A stretch of DNA of 53,134 nt, from contig NC_068984.1 of assembly GCF_001194135.2 (NCBI RefSeq), positions 36,132,424-36,185,557 on the forward strand, given 5' to 3'. This DNA comes from Octopus bimaculoides. Lineage: Eukaryota. Shown in pieces: positions 38,944 through 51,207 of this stretch. The translations under genes were made by a program, and so were the position numbers. The notes below the pieces were generated by a model. It made no database searches and was not told where the DNA came from. It worked only from the letters and a program-made list of their open reading frames with translations. Positions within the stretch are counted from its first letter, which is position 1, and each line of letters begins with the position of its first letter.

Positions 38944-39479
38944 NNNNNNNNNNNNNNNNNNNNNNNNNNNNNNNNNNNNNNNNNNNNNNNNNNNNNNNNN
39001 NNNNNNNNNNNNNNNNNNNNNNNNNNNNNNNNNNNNNNNNNNNNNNNNNNNNNNNNNNNNNNNNNNNNNNNNNNNNNNNNNNNNNNNNNNNNNNNNNNNN
39101 NNNNNNNNNNNNNNNNNNNNNNNNNNNNNNNNNNNNNNNNNNNNNNNNNNNNNNNNNNNNNNNNNNNNNNNNNNNNNNNNNNNNNNNNNNNNNNNNNNNN
39201 NNNNNNNNNNNNNNNNNNNNNNNNNNNNNNNNNNNNNNNNNNNNNNNNNNNNNNNNNNNNNNNNNNNNNNNNNNNNNNNNNNNNNNNNNNNNNNNNNNNN
39301 NNNNNNNNNNNNNNNNNNNNNNNNNNNNNNNNNNNNNNNNNNNNNNNNNNNNNNNNNNNNNNNNNNNNNNNNNNNNNNNNNNNNNNNNNNNNNNNNNNNN
39401 NNNNNNNNNNNNNNNNNNNNNNNNNNNNNNNNNNNNNNNNNNNNNNNNNNNNNNTATATATATATAACGAGAGAGAGAG

Positions 39480-40752
39480 AGAGAGACAGGCAGACAGACT
39501 CACTATCAATGCATTCTCGGGTGTTATGACTTACAGCCATATTGTATTTGTTCCTTTCTTATGCGCAGAATAATGACAGCTGATATATAATTAGTCGGAT
39601 TACTGGCGTAATGGAAGTTGTTTGTTTAAAATGAAGGGGAAAGTGTACGATGTCCTAAGATTGCTGTTTCTTTTCAGATATCATCAGAAAAAGGTATTTG
39701 AAATTCATTAAAATGACAGAGCTACCGGACTTTCAAAGAGGTCAAATTATTGGTGCTCACATGCAGGCGCTAGCGTAACGATAACAGCCGAAATGTTTGG
39801 TGTCTCAAGAAGTAATGTCTTGACAGTAATAACAGCCTTTGAGAAATAGGGAAAAACCTCGTCGAAACAAGACTCCGGAAGAAAACCAAAACCTTCAGAT
39901 AGGGACCGTCGGACTCTTACGCGAATTGTTAGAAAGCTTCCAGAATTACTGCAGAGCTTAATGACCACTTTAAGAACCCAGTTTCTACAAAAACCGTTCG
40001 CCGGAAACTGCAGAAACCCGGATTTCACGGGAGGGCTACAATCAGAAAACCACTGCTTTCGAAACCAAACATTGCAAAACGTTTAGAGTGGAGTGAAAAC
40101 CTACAGAATTGGTACCTAGAGCAATGGAAGAATGTTATTTTCTCGGACGAGTCATCTTTTACCTTATTTCTGACCACCCGCCTAATATACGTGTGGAGAC
40201 AACCAAAAGAATCAGTTGATCCAGACCATTTTCTTTCAACTCTTAAACATTCAGGATCTGTGATAATCTGAAGTGGGGTATATCTTAGAAATCCTCCGCC
40301 CAATGGTTTCCCTTCATGGACGAATTAATAGTTCAGATTATTTAAGCACTTTATCTGATCAAATTCATCCTATGGTTGTGGAACTGTTCCCGGAGGGAAA
40401 CACAAGCTCTCAGGTATCAATTCACACAGCTAAATTTGTTATTGAATGACACGAGGAACATTCTAGTGCAGTTGAACATTTAATCTGGAAACTACAGTCT
40501 CCAGATCTCAATATTATTGAATATTTATGGTGCATTTAATTAAAAAAAAAAATAAGTAAAGAGTCGATATCCTTCACCATCATCACTACACGAAAAGGAG
40601 ACAGATTTAGCTGAAAAATGGACAAAAATTCCTATGGAAAAGATTCAAATACCTCGTAGAATTCAAGCTGTAATTACTGCCGAAGGTGGTCCAACCCCAT
40701 ATTAAGATAAATTTGCTTGAAATTTTAAGGTGTCTCCATTATTCTGTCCAAC

Positions 40753-40754
<2 letters not shown>
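39480..40754 (+). mobile_element. Tc1-family transposon (DD34E type), inactive
   Basis: Transposase from ATG 39713 to TAA 40705: FQRGQIIGA, SGRKPK, WKNVIFSDESSF, SPDLNIIEYLW. The second catalytic Asp is deleted. Right-TIR-like GTGTCTCCATTATTCTGTCCAACCC abuts (TA)n; no left TIR is visible. Confidence 0.92.
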
Positions 40755-40803
<49 letters not shown>

Positions 40804-41300
40804 TACATACGCATGCGCATATATAACAGAGTCGGTGCAAAGGAGAGTGAATGAGTGAATGGAATGGAAAAGAAGACATTATATAAAATGTAAAAGCGTG
40901 CGAGCATAAGGGTGAGTATAAGAAAAAAAAACGAAGTCCTTTACCACGCACAATTTAAGATCTTAGTCAGTTCGAATAGCACAGGTACGTCGAAGATTAT
41001 TTGGTTATTAAAAATTATTGAAATACTGAAGAAACAAGAAACAAAATATAAGACAAAAATTGTAAATTTGAGGGTCAAGTTTTACCGAAATGGGCGTGAA
41101 AAGATATAAACCTCATCAATTTTTACGGGCACTGTCGCACGGTGTGTGTGCGTAAATATATGTTGTGAATGCATATATAGGTATGTTGTGTGTGCATATA
41201 TATGTGTATTGTGTGTGCATATATATGTATGTGCATGTCTTTATGTTTATGTTTGTTTGTATGTATATACATGTGCGTGTATATATATATATATATATAC

Positions 41301-41334
<34 letters not shown>

Positions 41335-41986
41335 NNNNNNNNNNNNNNNNNNNNNNNNNNNNNNNNNNNNNNNNNNNNNNNNNNNNNNNNNNNNNNNNNN
41401 NNNNNNNNNNNNNNNNNNNNNNNNNNNNNNNNNNNNNNNNNNNNNNNNNNNNNNNNNNNNNNNNNNNNNNNNNNNNNNNNNNNNNNNNNNNNNNNNNNNN
41501 NNNNNNNNNNNNNNNNNNNNNNNNNNNNNNNNNNNNNNNNNNNNNNNNNNNNNNNNNNNNNNNNNNNNNNNNNNNNNNNNNNNNNNNNNNNNNNNNNNNN
41601 NNNNNNNNNNNNNNNNNNNNNNNNNNNNNNNNNNNNNNNNNNNNNNNNNNNNNNNNNNNNNNNNNNNNNNNNNNNNNNNNNNNNNNNNNNNNNNNNNNNN
41701 NNNNNNNNNNNNNNNNNNNNNNNNNNNNNNNNNNNNNNNNNNNNNNNNNNNNNNNNNNNNNNNNNNNNNNNNNNNNNNNNNNNNNNNNNNNNNNNNNNNN
41801 NNNNNNNNNNNNNNNNNNNNNNNTCATTACCATCAAAGAAAAACATACTAATAATCAGTTTTCGCATATATGCATAGAAATTAGCGTGGAAATATGCTGA
41901 AAGTACAATACATTAATTCCTCCCCCTCATCCACTTTCTCGATCTCTCTCGCTCTCTCTCCTCACTCTCTCTCTCTCTTTATATAG

Positions 41987-42036
<50 letters not shown>

Positions 42037-42970
42037 GAGAGACACAGATTAATATAGAAATATACAAACTCATACGCACCCACACACAGACACACACATG
42101 TATATACATATATGCACACATATATACACATACATATTTGCTTACATGCATACATACACATATAAACACATTCATATACACAAAGGTGATATATGTCAGT
42201 GTGTATGCGTATGTGTATGTGTGTATGTATGCATGCATGCATATAGGTACATAGAAAGAGAGTGGGGTGAAAGATATTTCATATAAGTATAACAAGCAAC
42301 ACACGTAAAATTTACGCACGAGACGTGAACATGGTCATCCCTCATCAATTGCCGGCCACAAATTATCAGAATTTCTCACGCAGGCATCCTAAATGTGATT
42401 TGATATCACCGGTTTTCTTTTTTTTTTTTTTTTTTTTTTTTTATTGTTTGCAGATATACTTCCAGAAGGCCATTTGTATAATTTAACACATCTGAATACT
42501 TAATCTAGTATTTAGTAGGCACGCCTTTGGTGTAATGCATCATCAACTTTGAAGTTCCAAACACGGTATTATGAGAATAATCTAGGAGGAATGAGCGGAT
42601 AATCCGGAGAAAACAACGTGTCATTACGTGGCTCAAATCATTTCTCCGGACAATCCGCTCCTTGCACCTCTACCTATTCTCGGAATTTTTCTATGAGATG
42701 AAAATTAATGGTCGAAACGGTATATATTTATTCTTGCGTTTTTCCATCACTAAATTTCCCTGACCACCAATCTAGTATTTATTGTGTACGTCCAAATGAA
42801 TTTGAAGTTTGTTCTTGTTGTTTTTTTTCTTTTTGACGATATATACATATAAATGTGTCTGAGTGTATGTGTGTATGTGAGTATTTGTTTGTGTGTGTGT
42901 GTGTTTGTGTATTTTCTATAAAGGATGAATACCATACCTGTTTTTCTCATTATTATTATCATTATGATAA

Positions 42971-43210
42971 GGCGGCGAGCTGGCAGAGTCGTTAGCACGC
43001 CGGGTGAAATGTTTAGCGGTATTTCGTCTGCCACGACGTTCTAAGTTCAAATTCTGCCAAGGTCGACCTTGTCTTTCATCATTTCGGGGTCGATAAATAA
43101 AGTACCAGTTGAACACTGGAGTCGATGTGATCGACTCTTCCACCACCACCACCCGCCCCACAAAATCAACGCCTTGTGCCTATACTAGAAAGGATTATTA
43201 TTATTATTAA
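42971..43210 (+). mobile_element. Family-1 SINE, full length, with (TTA)n on both sides
   Basis: A-box-like TGGCAGAGTCGTTAGC, B-box-like AAGTTCAAATTCT, tail GAAAGGATTATTATT. Confidence 0.9.
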
Positions 43211-43250
43211 GGTGGCAAAATATACTAGAAAGGATTATTATTATTATTAA

Positions 43251-43465
43251 GCTGGCAAAATCAGTAGCACGCCCGGCAAAATGCTTGGCGGCATTTCGTC
43301 CGTCTTTCCGTTCTAAGTTCAAATTTTGCTGAAGTTAACTTTGCCTTTAATTCTTTCGAAGTCGATAAATTAGATACCAGTGAAACAGCGGGGTCGATAT
43401 AACCGGCTAATCCCCTCCCCCAAATTTCAAGCCTTGTGCCTATAGTAGAAAGGATTATTATTATC
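43251..43465 (+). mobile_element. Family-1 SINE, tandem second copy
   Basis: Same motifs as the previous copy. Confidence 0.88.
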
Positions 43466-43477
43466 GTTATTATTTTA

Positions 43478-43851
43478 TTGTCTTTGCACAGCTTCTAACG
43501 CTAGAAATTTACTACGGTGTCCACTGTTCACTGCCAGTGAACTAAAGTAACACCCCTTATATTTCGAGCATCATCAGGAGTATTCCAGCGGTTCGAAGCA
43601 GTGTTGTTTTCTACAAGTGCACCACCCTAATTGCAGCCCCTATTTGGTTCATGTACTTCTCAAAATTTTCGCTCACTGTACCCAGGGCTCCGACAATTAT
43701 TGGTACTGCTACCAACATGTTCAGAGAACACAACTGCTTACCCTCCCAAGCTCACCTGTTATATCTATTGACTTTTCTTTCTTCCTTATTGCATACCTTG
43801 TCAGCTGGGCATGCTATATCTATGATCCAGCATCGTTTGCCGTCTTTCTCG
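43478..43851 (-). mobile_element. 5'-truncated R4/Dong subfamily B (REL domain and 3'UTR) inside an (ATT)n array
   Basis: Minus strand reads EKDGKRCWIIDIACPADKVCNKEERKVNRY..VPIIVGALGTVS..KTTLLRTAGIL..LEI*; (AAT)n on both sense flanks. Confidence 0.9.
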
Positions 43852-43926
<75 letters not shown>

Positions 43927-43960
43927 GTTATTATTATCATTATCATTATTTCTTAATCAT

Positions 43961-44275
43961 GGCCTAGTGTATAGGCTTTTGCATTTACGATTGCGAGACC
44001 GTTGTTTCAATTCCTAGAGCGGGTAGTGCGTTGCGTTCTTAAGCAAAACATTTCATCTCACGTTGCTCTACGATTACTGCGGCACATGATGCGTGGTATA
44101 CTGTGTACTTGTTCAGGTAATGGTGATTTGAAGGATGGCGTGGAATAATGTACAGCACATGCATTTTAACACTACAAACAAACCTTTTATGCATGTTGTT
44201 CAGCAAAATATCTGAAGTTATACACCGTCTTCTGCGAGTGAGCCCATCATTTTCTCTAATATTCAGCTCTTACTG
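43961..44275 (+). mobile_element. tRNA-derived SINE (family 3), decayed
   Basis: Head GGCCTAGTGT..GTTTCAATTCC, then a GCAAAACATTTCATCTCACGTTGCT core-like block. The family name is not established. Confidence 0.6.
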
Positions 44276-46303
44276 CAAAGAGTAGCCTATTCAAACATCG
44301 TTGACATCCCGCCCTGTACTATATTGAATACCGGAATGAGATGGGGAAGCCACTATAGATTGAATATAGCTCGATTTTGTGGTTGCACGTCTCATTTTAT
44401 TGTGGTCCTCTCTCTATGAATATTCGATCATCTCACCCCTCTGCAAATTACTGGTCTAGAAAATCTTCCTTCTATTACGGCCCATCTATTCTGTACCCTC
44501 TCTTTGTTCCCTATTCTATTGTCTTATCACCAACCCTTTCCGCACCAAAACTTCTCCTCTCACAGAAGCATTTGCCACATTCCATATAATACCAACCCAA
44601 CCGCTTCCCACGTCATCTACTGCTTTAAACAATTCTTCTCTTTCGCCTTGTACAACAGGTGAACTGGTTGTTGTTTGGCAGAACGATTCATGGAATGACT
44701 TCGCAACATCTGGCTCGTAAACCAGATCTGTCACTTAAAATGAAAACTCCCATCCGTGGAACACTCAACTGAATGCATGCAATGTTTTGTTTAGCTTTAT
44801 ACAACTGATCCACTAAATGTAGAATTCGCAGTGGATAGTTTTTGATTCCTCTCCAAATGCCCATACACTTTGGCTTCGTTTTCCCACTTATCTTCTTCTA
44901 AACCCCTCTGTCACATAACAAACATGCACATTGACACTCAACAATTGACGATATAAAATATATCATTATTTGTGTCAAATATGTACACTCACATTACAGT
45001 ATGACAGATATATAGCCGCATCCACTTTCAAAGAGAGGATAGACAAAATCGAGTTAATGCTATTGTTAAAACTACATGGAGAATAACGAACATACAGGAA
45101 ATTGTGCGAAAATTACTCTATTACATCTGAGGAAGCAATAGCTTTTCATTATATGTATAGAATGTGTAAGTACCTGTAACTTATTGCACCGATTTTTTAT
45201 CTAAACTTTGACCGCACAAAATTGATTTATAATACCTACAAATGAGCACATTTGAATTAATCTTAAAGAAAATTACAAATTATCTCAATGATACTAATAA
45301 TGACGGTTATAATAGTAATAATAATGATGATAAAATAATAATTAAGGAGAAATCAAGTTGGCCAGTATCAGTAGAATAAACTATATATACACAATAATGT
45401 GTAATGTCTTCTCACCATAAAGAAACCTTCGAGTATATGTATCACTAAGAATGAAGTGGTATTAAAAATTTAAGATGTATGATCTATTAATCGAGGTGCA
45501 TATTCTTAATATTACTCAGCGCTATACCAAGGCATGGAGTTGCTTCGCAACTTCGAGAGACTCTTATATCTATCTCTTAATGCATAAAATTTTGCAGCAT
45601 AATCACAACCGAATAAATCAATTCCAGCATTAATCACTTACAGCATAAATCATTGATTAATTTCTTAGTCGATTAAAATGCTTCTGACATTTGGGGGCCT
45701 TTAGTTTTGTTCGCTTCGTTATAAACATTCATTTCATGATTCCAGTTGCGGCAAAACACTTTTTGCTTTTTGCTTTTTTGTTTCTTTTTTCAATCTATTT
45801 CCCGCGAAACCTACATAGGCCCCCAAACGGTAATGAGCGTATCTATCCCGAGCCTAGAATTCTTTTTCTTTTTCGAAGCCTGTCTTTTTGTTTCCGTTCT
45901 TTCCTTTTTCTCGTATTATACTTTTCTTTAACGGACAAAAAATTAATTTGTATATGACGATAACATTTTTAAACGTAATTGTAAATTTTTTTATGTTCAG
46001 ACATTTATCTCTCTCTTATGAGCGGGTATATTTACTTCACAGTGCGTTGCAGTCTGTCTATATATGGAAAATCCCGTCTGTCCTTTCGCAGCCCTCTATT
46101 CTGTCAGACCCTAATACGTCTAACTGAAACCATATTTTTCATGGGTGGTGTAAATTCTGTGTTTAATAACACTTCATTCATTATGATACTTATTCTCTAA
46201 CTTATCTTATGGTGGGAAGACATTAAGCGTTAATGTGTGTATTAGCTTATTATTCTCATACAGGAAAAGTTCATTTCACCTTAATTATCAATTGTTCTGT
46301 CAC

Positions 46304-46337
<34 letters not shown>

Positions 46338-46589
46338 ATCATCATCATTAGTATTATTGGCATAATTATTATCATTGTCATGATTGATATTATATGTTAT
46401 TGTTGTCATTTTATTCATTATTGTTATTATTATTGAATCAGGTTCCATTACCGCACTTTGCAAGCGTTAAACTCACATTATCTTTGTAATACTTTGTTTA
46501 TGTAGTCGGTCTCTCACATTATATTCTGATCTATATTAATATATTAATATTATCTCAGTATTTTATTTATTTAGCATTGTCACTATCAT

Positions 46590-46765
46590 TATAATCATCA
46601 TCATCATCATCAACATCGCCAGCATCATCATCATCATCATCAACATCATCATCATCACTTTCACATTCATCATCATCATCATAATCATCATAATCATCAT
46701 TATCTTCATACCACCGACACCATCATAATCATCATCATCATCATCATCATCTTCATCATCATCAT
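46590..46765. repeat. (CAT)n microsatellite; a similar array lies at 49100-49238
   Basis: Directly visible. Confidence 0.95.
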
Positions 46766-47590
46766 GTTCTGTATTATTTTACCCCCTTAAGCTTATATGT
46801 TACCATTAAAAATAGTAGTATTAGTTTCGCTACTCCATTTCTACTATCAGTGGTAGTAGCATTACATTTATTGTTTCGTTACTTGAAATATAAACCACTT
46901 ACATTCCATTAATTGTAAAAGAGTGAATTGAAACAGACGCATAGAAAACTATATAGTATTTCCGAGTGTTTCCTGAAACGAGAATAGTTTCATTTCCATC
47001 AAAGGATTCTGAAGAATTATCCTGATAATTAAGCTAATGTACATGATTTCAGATATGCAAGGAACACGAATTCATCTAAACATCAAGTAGACATTTTACA
47101 ACTTGTGAGGCAAAATTCTATTAACGAATGTCATATACAAAAACGGAATCTGTGTAATGGATTCTCGTCAATGAGTTCTTTAAAATCTGTACTTTTCTCA
47201 TATAAACATTAATTATGGTCTCTGAATTTAATCCAGTCTTCACTTTATATTTCTCAATTTTCGGATTATATTGATATTTACACTTCTTTCTAATATTTCA
47301 GAATTGAATTGAATTCATGCTTTATGCCACAACATACTAAACTCCTTCATCTATTTGCTGTATGGAAATATCGAGCTCATTGAGTTAACACGTACGGTTA
47401 AATATCATTGAACTTTGAAATTGCTAATAATTTCCGGTAAAGAATCATATGCGTACATGTGTTCATGTCGAAACTTTGAAATTCCTAAATAATTTACATT
47501 TATAGAGATTATTCCAAAAATTTGCAAACTCTTGTGTAGAAAGGAAATCTTCCTTGAACTTTCCAGTCATTCCATCATTTAGAATCGGGG

Positions 47591-47633
<43 letters not shown>

Positions 47634-48295
47634 GCGGGGGGATAAGTGAATATATTGAACTGGATTAAGAAGAGTAATATTTATTTTCTCATTTTGCTGT
47701 CGTGTAGAAATTATAATATTGCCATAATAATCTGTGATGAGTAAAAAGGATTGTTCTTTTTCTACATTCCACAAACATTCGGAGCAGAAAAAAATATATG
47801 ACATACGACTGCATACCAGTTTTATGTCTCACATTTCGAAATACTTTCCATCCTGAAAATAACATCTTGGTCTCCTTGCGACAGGAAGTGGTAAGAGGTT
47901 TGATTTTCCAGTCATGCGTTTCCAGCTATTCAACAACCAAAGTGAATGTTATACGTAAAACATGGAAAGTACGCTTCAAATAATATATCTCTTTCCCGGA
48001 GTATGAAACAGACGTCATAATATAATGCGTTTGACTATTATTTTTGTTTTGTTTGTTTGTTTGTTTGTTTTTACATCAAGTCTATAATTTCAGTTGATCA
48101 CATGGGTAACTAAATGATCACGATCATACATATTACAAAATTGTATTTTACATTACTTTGCTCTCTGAAAAAGAATAGATGAAAAATTTATTAAAAATGT
48201 ATTAATGATTTGTTCCATAAGGGAATATGGGAAAGTCGCTGCAAACTTGCAACATAAAATATATTAAGAAGCGTCTATGTAAAATCTAAACCAGA

Positions 48296-48810
48296 AATTT
48301 CTTGTTACTTTCCTCTTATTCCATGTGGAACATTCATCAGTAACAAAAGATCTGCATCCTTTGTGGTCTTCAGCAAGACATTTGGCATCCTCCCACTTCA
48401 ACTACACTGCATGTACATCCATCAGAGCTGTCCTCTTCAATGTTATTAATGGGTAGCCACGTTTCCTTTTAGCACCTTCTGGATTTCAATTGGGAGAGAG
48501 CTGTGAGTTTCTTGTTGATGACATTCTAAAGACATGTCCAAGAAACCTCAGACGACGATCTTTCACTGTGATCCTCCGCCGTGTCTGCTTGGTTTTCCCA
48601 TACATGCCTTCAATTGTTATTCTGTCTTGCGAAAAGATATTAAAAACATTACGGCTGCACCTCTGGTGGAATACATCTAGCTTGTAAATGAGTTCTACTG
48701 TCATTTTCCACATTTCACTGGCTTAGATGACAACTGGGATGATCAAAGAACTGTACAAAACTATCTTATTCTGAAAGTGGGCAGATAGGATTGCAAAAAA
48801 ATTAGCGTTG
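48296..48810 (-). mobile_element. RTE-clade LINE 3' fragment
   Basis: KLDVFHQRC..DRRLRFLGHVFRM..PEGAKRKRGYP..W..AKCLAED, the typical RTE C-terminus. Confidence 0.85.
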
Positions 48811-49253
48811 ACTGAATTTCGCATTTGTTACGACCATTTTTATTACATTTTTATTCTATTTCGAATGATATACATCCTCATAATTGTTAGATTGTTATTA
48901 ATGAGAAAAGAAACAATAAATATTATGTTGCTCTAATCGAATAGCACTACCAGGTCGTAGATGAATTTAGTGGGGCTGCAATATTGGAGATGACATTGGA
49001 CTGAGATAAAAAAAAAAACAGAGAGTGATTTGTTTTAGTTGTTAGAATTGGTAGTAGGATCAGCAGTAGCAGCAGTAGGTGAAGCTAATGGTAATGTTGT
49101 CCATCATCATCATCTTCATTATCATCAACATCATCATCATCATCATCATAATCATCATCATCTTCATCTTCATCATAATCATCATCATCTTCATCTTCAT
49201 CATAATCATCATCTTCATCATCATCATCATCATCATCAATATATATGTCCCTT

Positions 49254-50270
49254 TGCCATTGGTGGGGGAGATGGAATGTGAGGACAGAATATGCTCAAAG
49301 AGCTGTGAAAGGATGGATAGTCACGAGTCACTGCGATTTGCAAGAGACAGAAGTTCTTATTTTTGTTGTTCATTTTGTTGTTGTTGCTGCTGAACAGCAC
49401 CAGAATAAAATATGGAACTGAGGTTGTCCTCGTAATTTTTTGTGATAAAAAAACGGGTTTGAAATCTGCTTTATTTTTACTTTCAATTGGTTTCGTCATG
49501 TGGATCGTTTTTGTAGAGAGGCACAATTTCGATAGTAATGATATTGAAACATATTACGTCTTTTCAGCTTCGGACATTGACCATTGTATCGATTTCATTT
49601 TCTGCCCAATTATATTTATTATACACATGATATATATTCATTGTTATGTGTGATTGTGCATTAATATTTGTTAAGTGATTTTCTGTTTATTTATTATTTT
49701 TCCAGTCTTAAATTATCTTGGCAAGGAGTTCAGAATTATTCTTTCAAAATAGACTGTAACAATTCCATTCTGATAGTTGTTTGGCATAAGTAACTCCTTC
49801 CAAGAAAGAAAAAAAGCAAGGGAACCCGTTGTTGAACATCAAATATACGAAACTTGATTTAATCTTCAATTTATTATTAGATACTCAGAAACTTAGATAA
49901 ATTTCGACCTGAATTAGCGCAAGTCATGACTAACTTAGAAGTATCATCTGGAAAAGACATTTAATTACGATTCATATTAAAATCATTCTTTAGACATCAT
50001 AGCCCATTCAAATAAAGAGTTATTGTTTACAGAAATATATCCGAATATAGGTGGTTTATCTGGAATTTCTTGTAAGTATTCATTCTGGTGCCGCTTGAAT
50101 CTTAAATTTTTAGTGCCCTTATATGTTTGTGATTTAGAGCATTGTTAAAGAGATTCGAGCCACTTGAGATGAAATACTTCGGTGATAGTGTTGTGATGTG
50201 AAGTGAGCAGGATTGTGTTTTTATTTTTGTTGTTTGGATAGCACGGGGAAGTGCCATTTTTTCGAACATG
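49254..50270 (+). pseudogene. Cluster of decayed EGF-like and FN3-like exon remnants
   Basis: 49254: CHWWGRWNVRT, with ICSKSC and KGW..HC in adjacent frames (about CHC.G.CN..TG.C..GC..GW.G..C). 49398: KYG..CDKKTG..IGF. 49706: LKLSWQ..NNSILIVVW, with ATAG|GT at 50050. 50180: YFGD..CLDSTGKC. Confidence 0.4.
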
Positions 50271-51079
50271 TGCGAGTACATTTGCTGTTTATTTACTCTT
50301 GAAAGCTGACAAAGATTTTTGACCGTGTCGTTCGAAAATATCAGACCGATATTTGTTTGCTTTTCAGTACAGAAACTTCGTTGTTTATATATTATGTACT
50401 TATAGATATTTGATTTCCTTAGTTCTAAAATGGGAATATATTTAGCAATTATCAAAGTGAGTTACCCCTGCAACTGACTAACGGAGTAGTAACAAAAGTT
50501 CGTCTGGGATACCTTTCGAACTTAGGAAATAATTTGAATCTGAAGATGTAATCATTTGTTGGTCTAACATAATACTCACATAAGATTACAAACAACGCTG
50601 TATTATAAATTATTCACATAAAATTACAGAACGCAGTTTAATAAATTTAATGTTAAATGTTCCATCAAATTTTCTAAATTTTGTTATTATTTTAAAAGAA
50701 CAATAACAAATTCATAAACATTTCATATTCATTTAATAGAAGTATAAGTGTTTGTATTTTAATAAATATGTAAAATGAATGAATTGGTTGTACGTGACAG
50801 GAATTAATATCAGCTTTAAATGTTAAATTAAACCCGTTTCTTGAGATCTGAAAATATAAGAACAAGAGATAAAATCGAATACTCAAAAGACGGTCTAAAA
50901 AGAAAGTGCATTATGGTGAACAAATATTAAATATATTTAACACACTAGTACATACTAAAGAAACACACTATGTTGGTTTCTTAAGTGGATATCGTTGAAA
51001 TAATACATAATACACTATTATGTGATATATATAAGCAAATAAAATTAATGAAAGGCAAAGTTTATAGAAATTGACAAAG

Positions 51080-51207
51080 GCACACATTCTAATAAAAGAA
51101 TCAAAAGACCTAAGATCTATTAAAGTAAATTGTGTAAAATTGTACTGGCCAAATGACAATTTATTTTCATTGATAATACTGTATGAAATTAGATATCAAG
51201 AGCAACG
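51080..51207 (+). pseudogene. FN3-like exon candidate (open frame)
   Basis: AHILIKESKDLRSIKVNCVKLYWPNDNLFSLIILYEIRYQEQR ending at CG|GT, resembling the FN3 strand B-C motif (LxWP..NG.I..YEI.Y). The acceptor is weak. Confidence 0.45.

Larger units (their letters stand above)
12740..41823. other. Assembly gaps (N): 12740-13115, 15582-15591, 30849-31562, 36276-36383, 37985-38202, 38944-39454, 41335-41823
   Basis: Directly visible; most abut (TA)n, consistent with short-read assembly breaks. Confidence 0.99.

Noticed and set aside
12596-42319. Long ORFs in the track with poly-X, YIYI, CVCV, HTHT, poly-I/N/L/H or YLSI runs
   Set aside because: They are translations of N gaps and microsatellites, not genes.
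43555-43580. Minus-strand CTGATGATGCTCGAAA resembling a hammerhead core
   Set aside because: It lies in the Dong coding end (ILxxxLEI*); the paralogue at 25060 reads CCGGAAGGTGCTCGAAA, so the match is coincidental.
2121-44275. tRNA genes
   Set aside because: The A/B-box sequences are SINE heads without a cloverleaf or acceptor stem.
44330-44920. Minus-strand YGHLER, like an RTE fragment
   Set aside because: The motif is isolated and its flanks do not extend.
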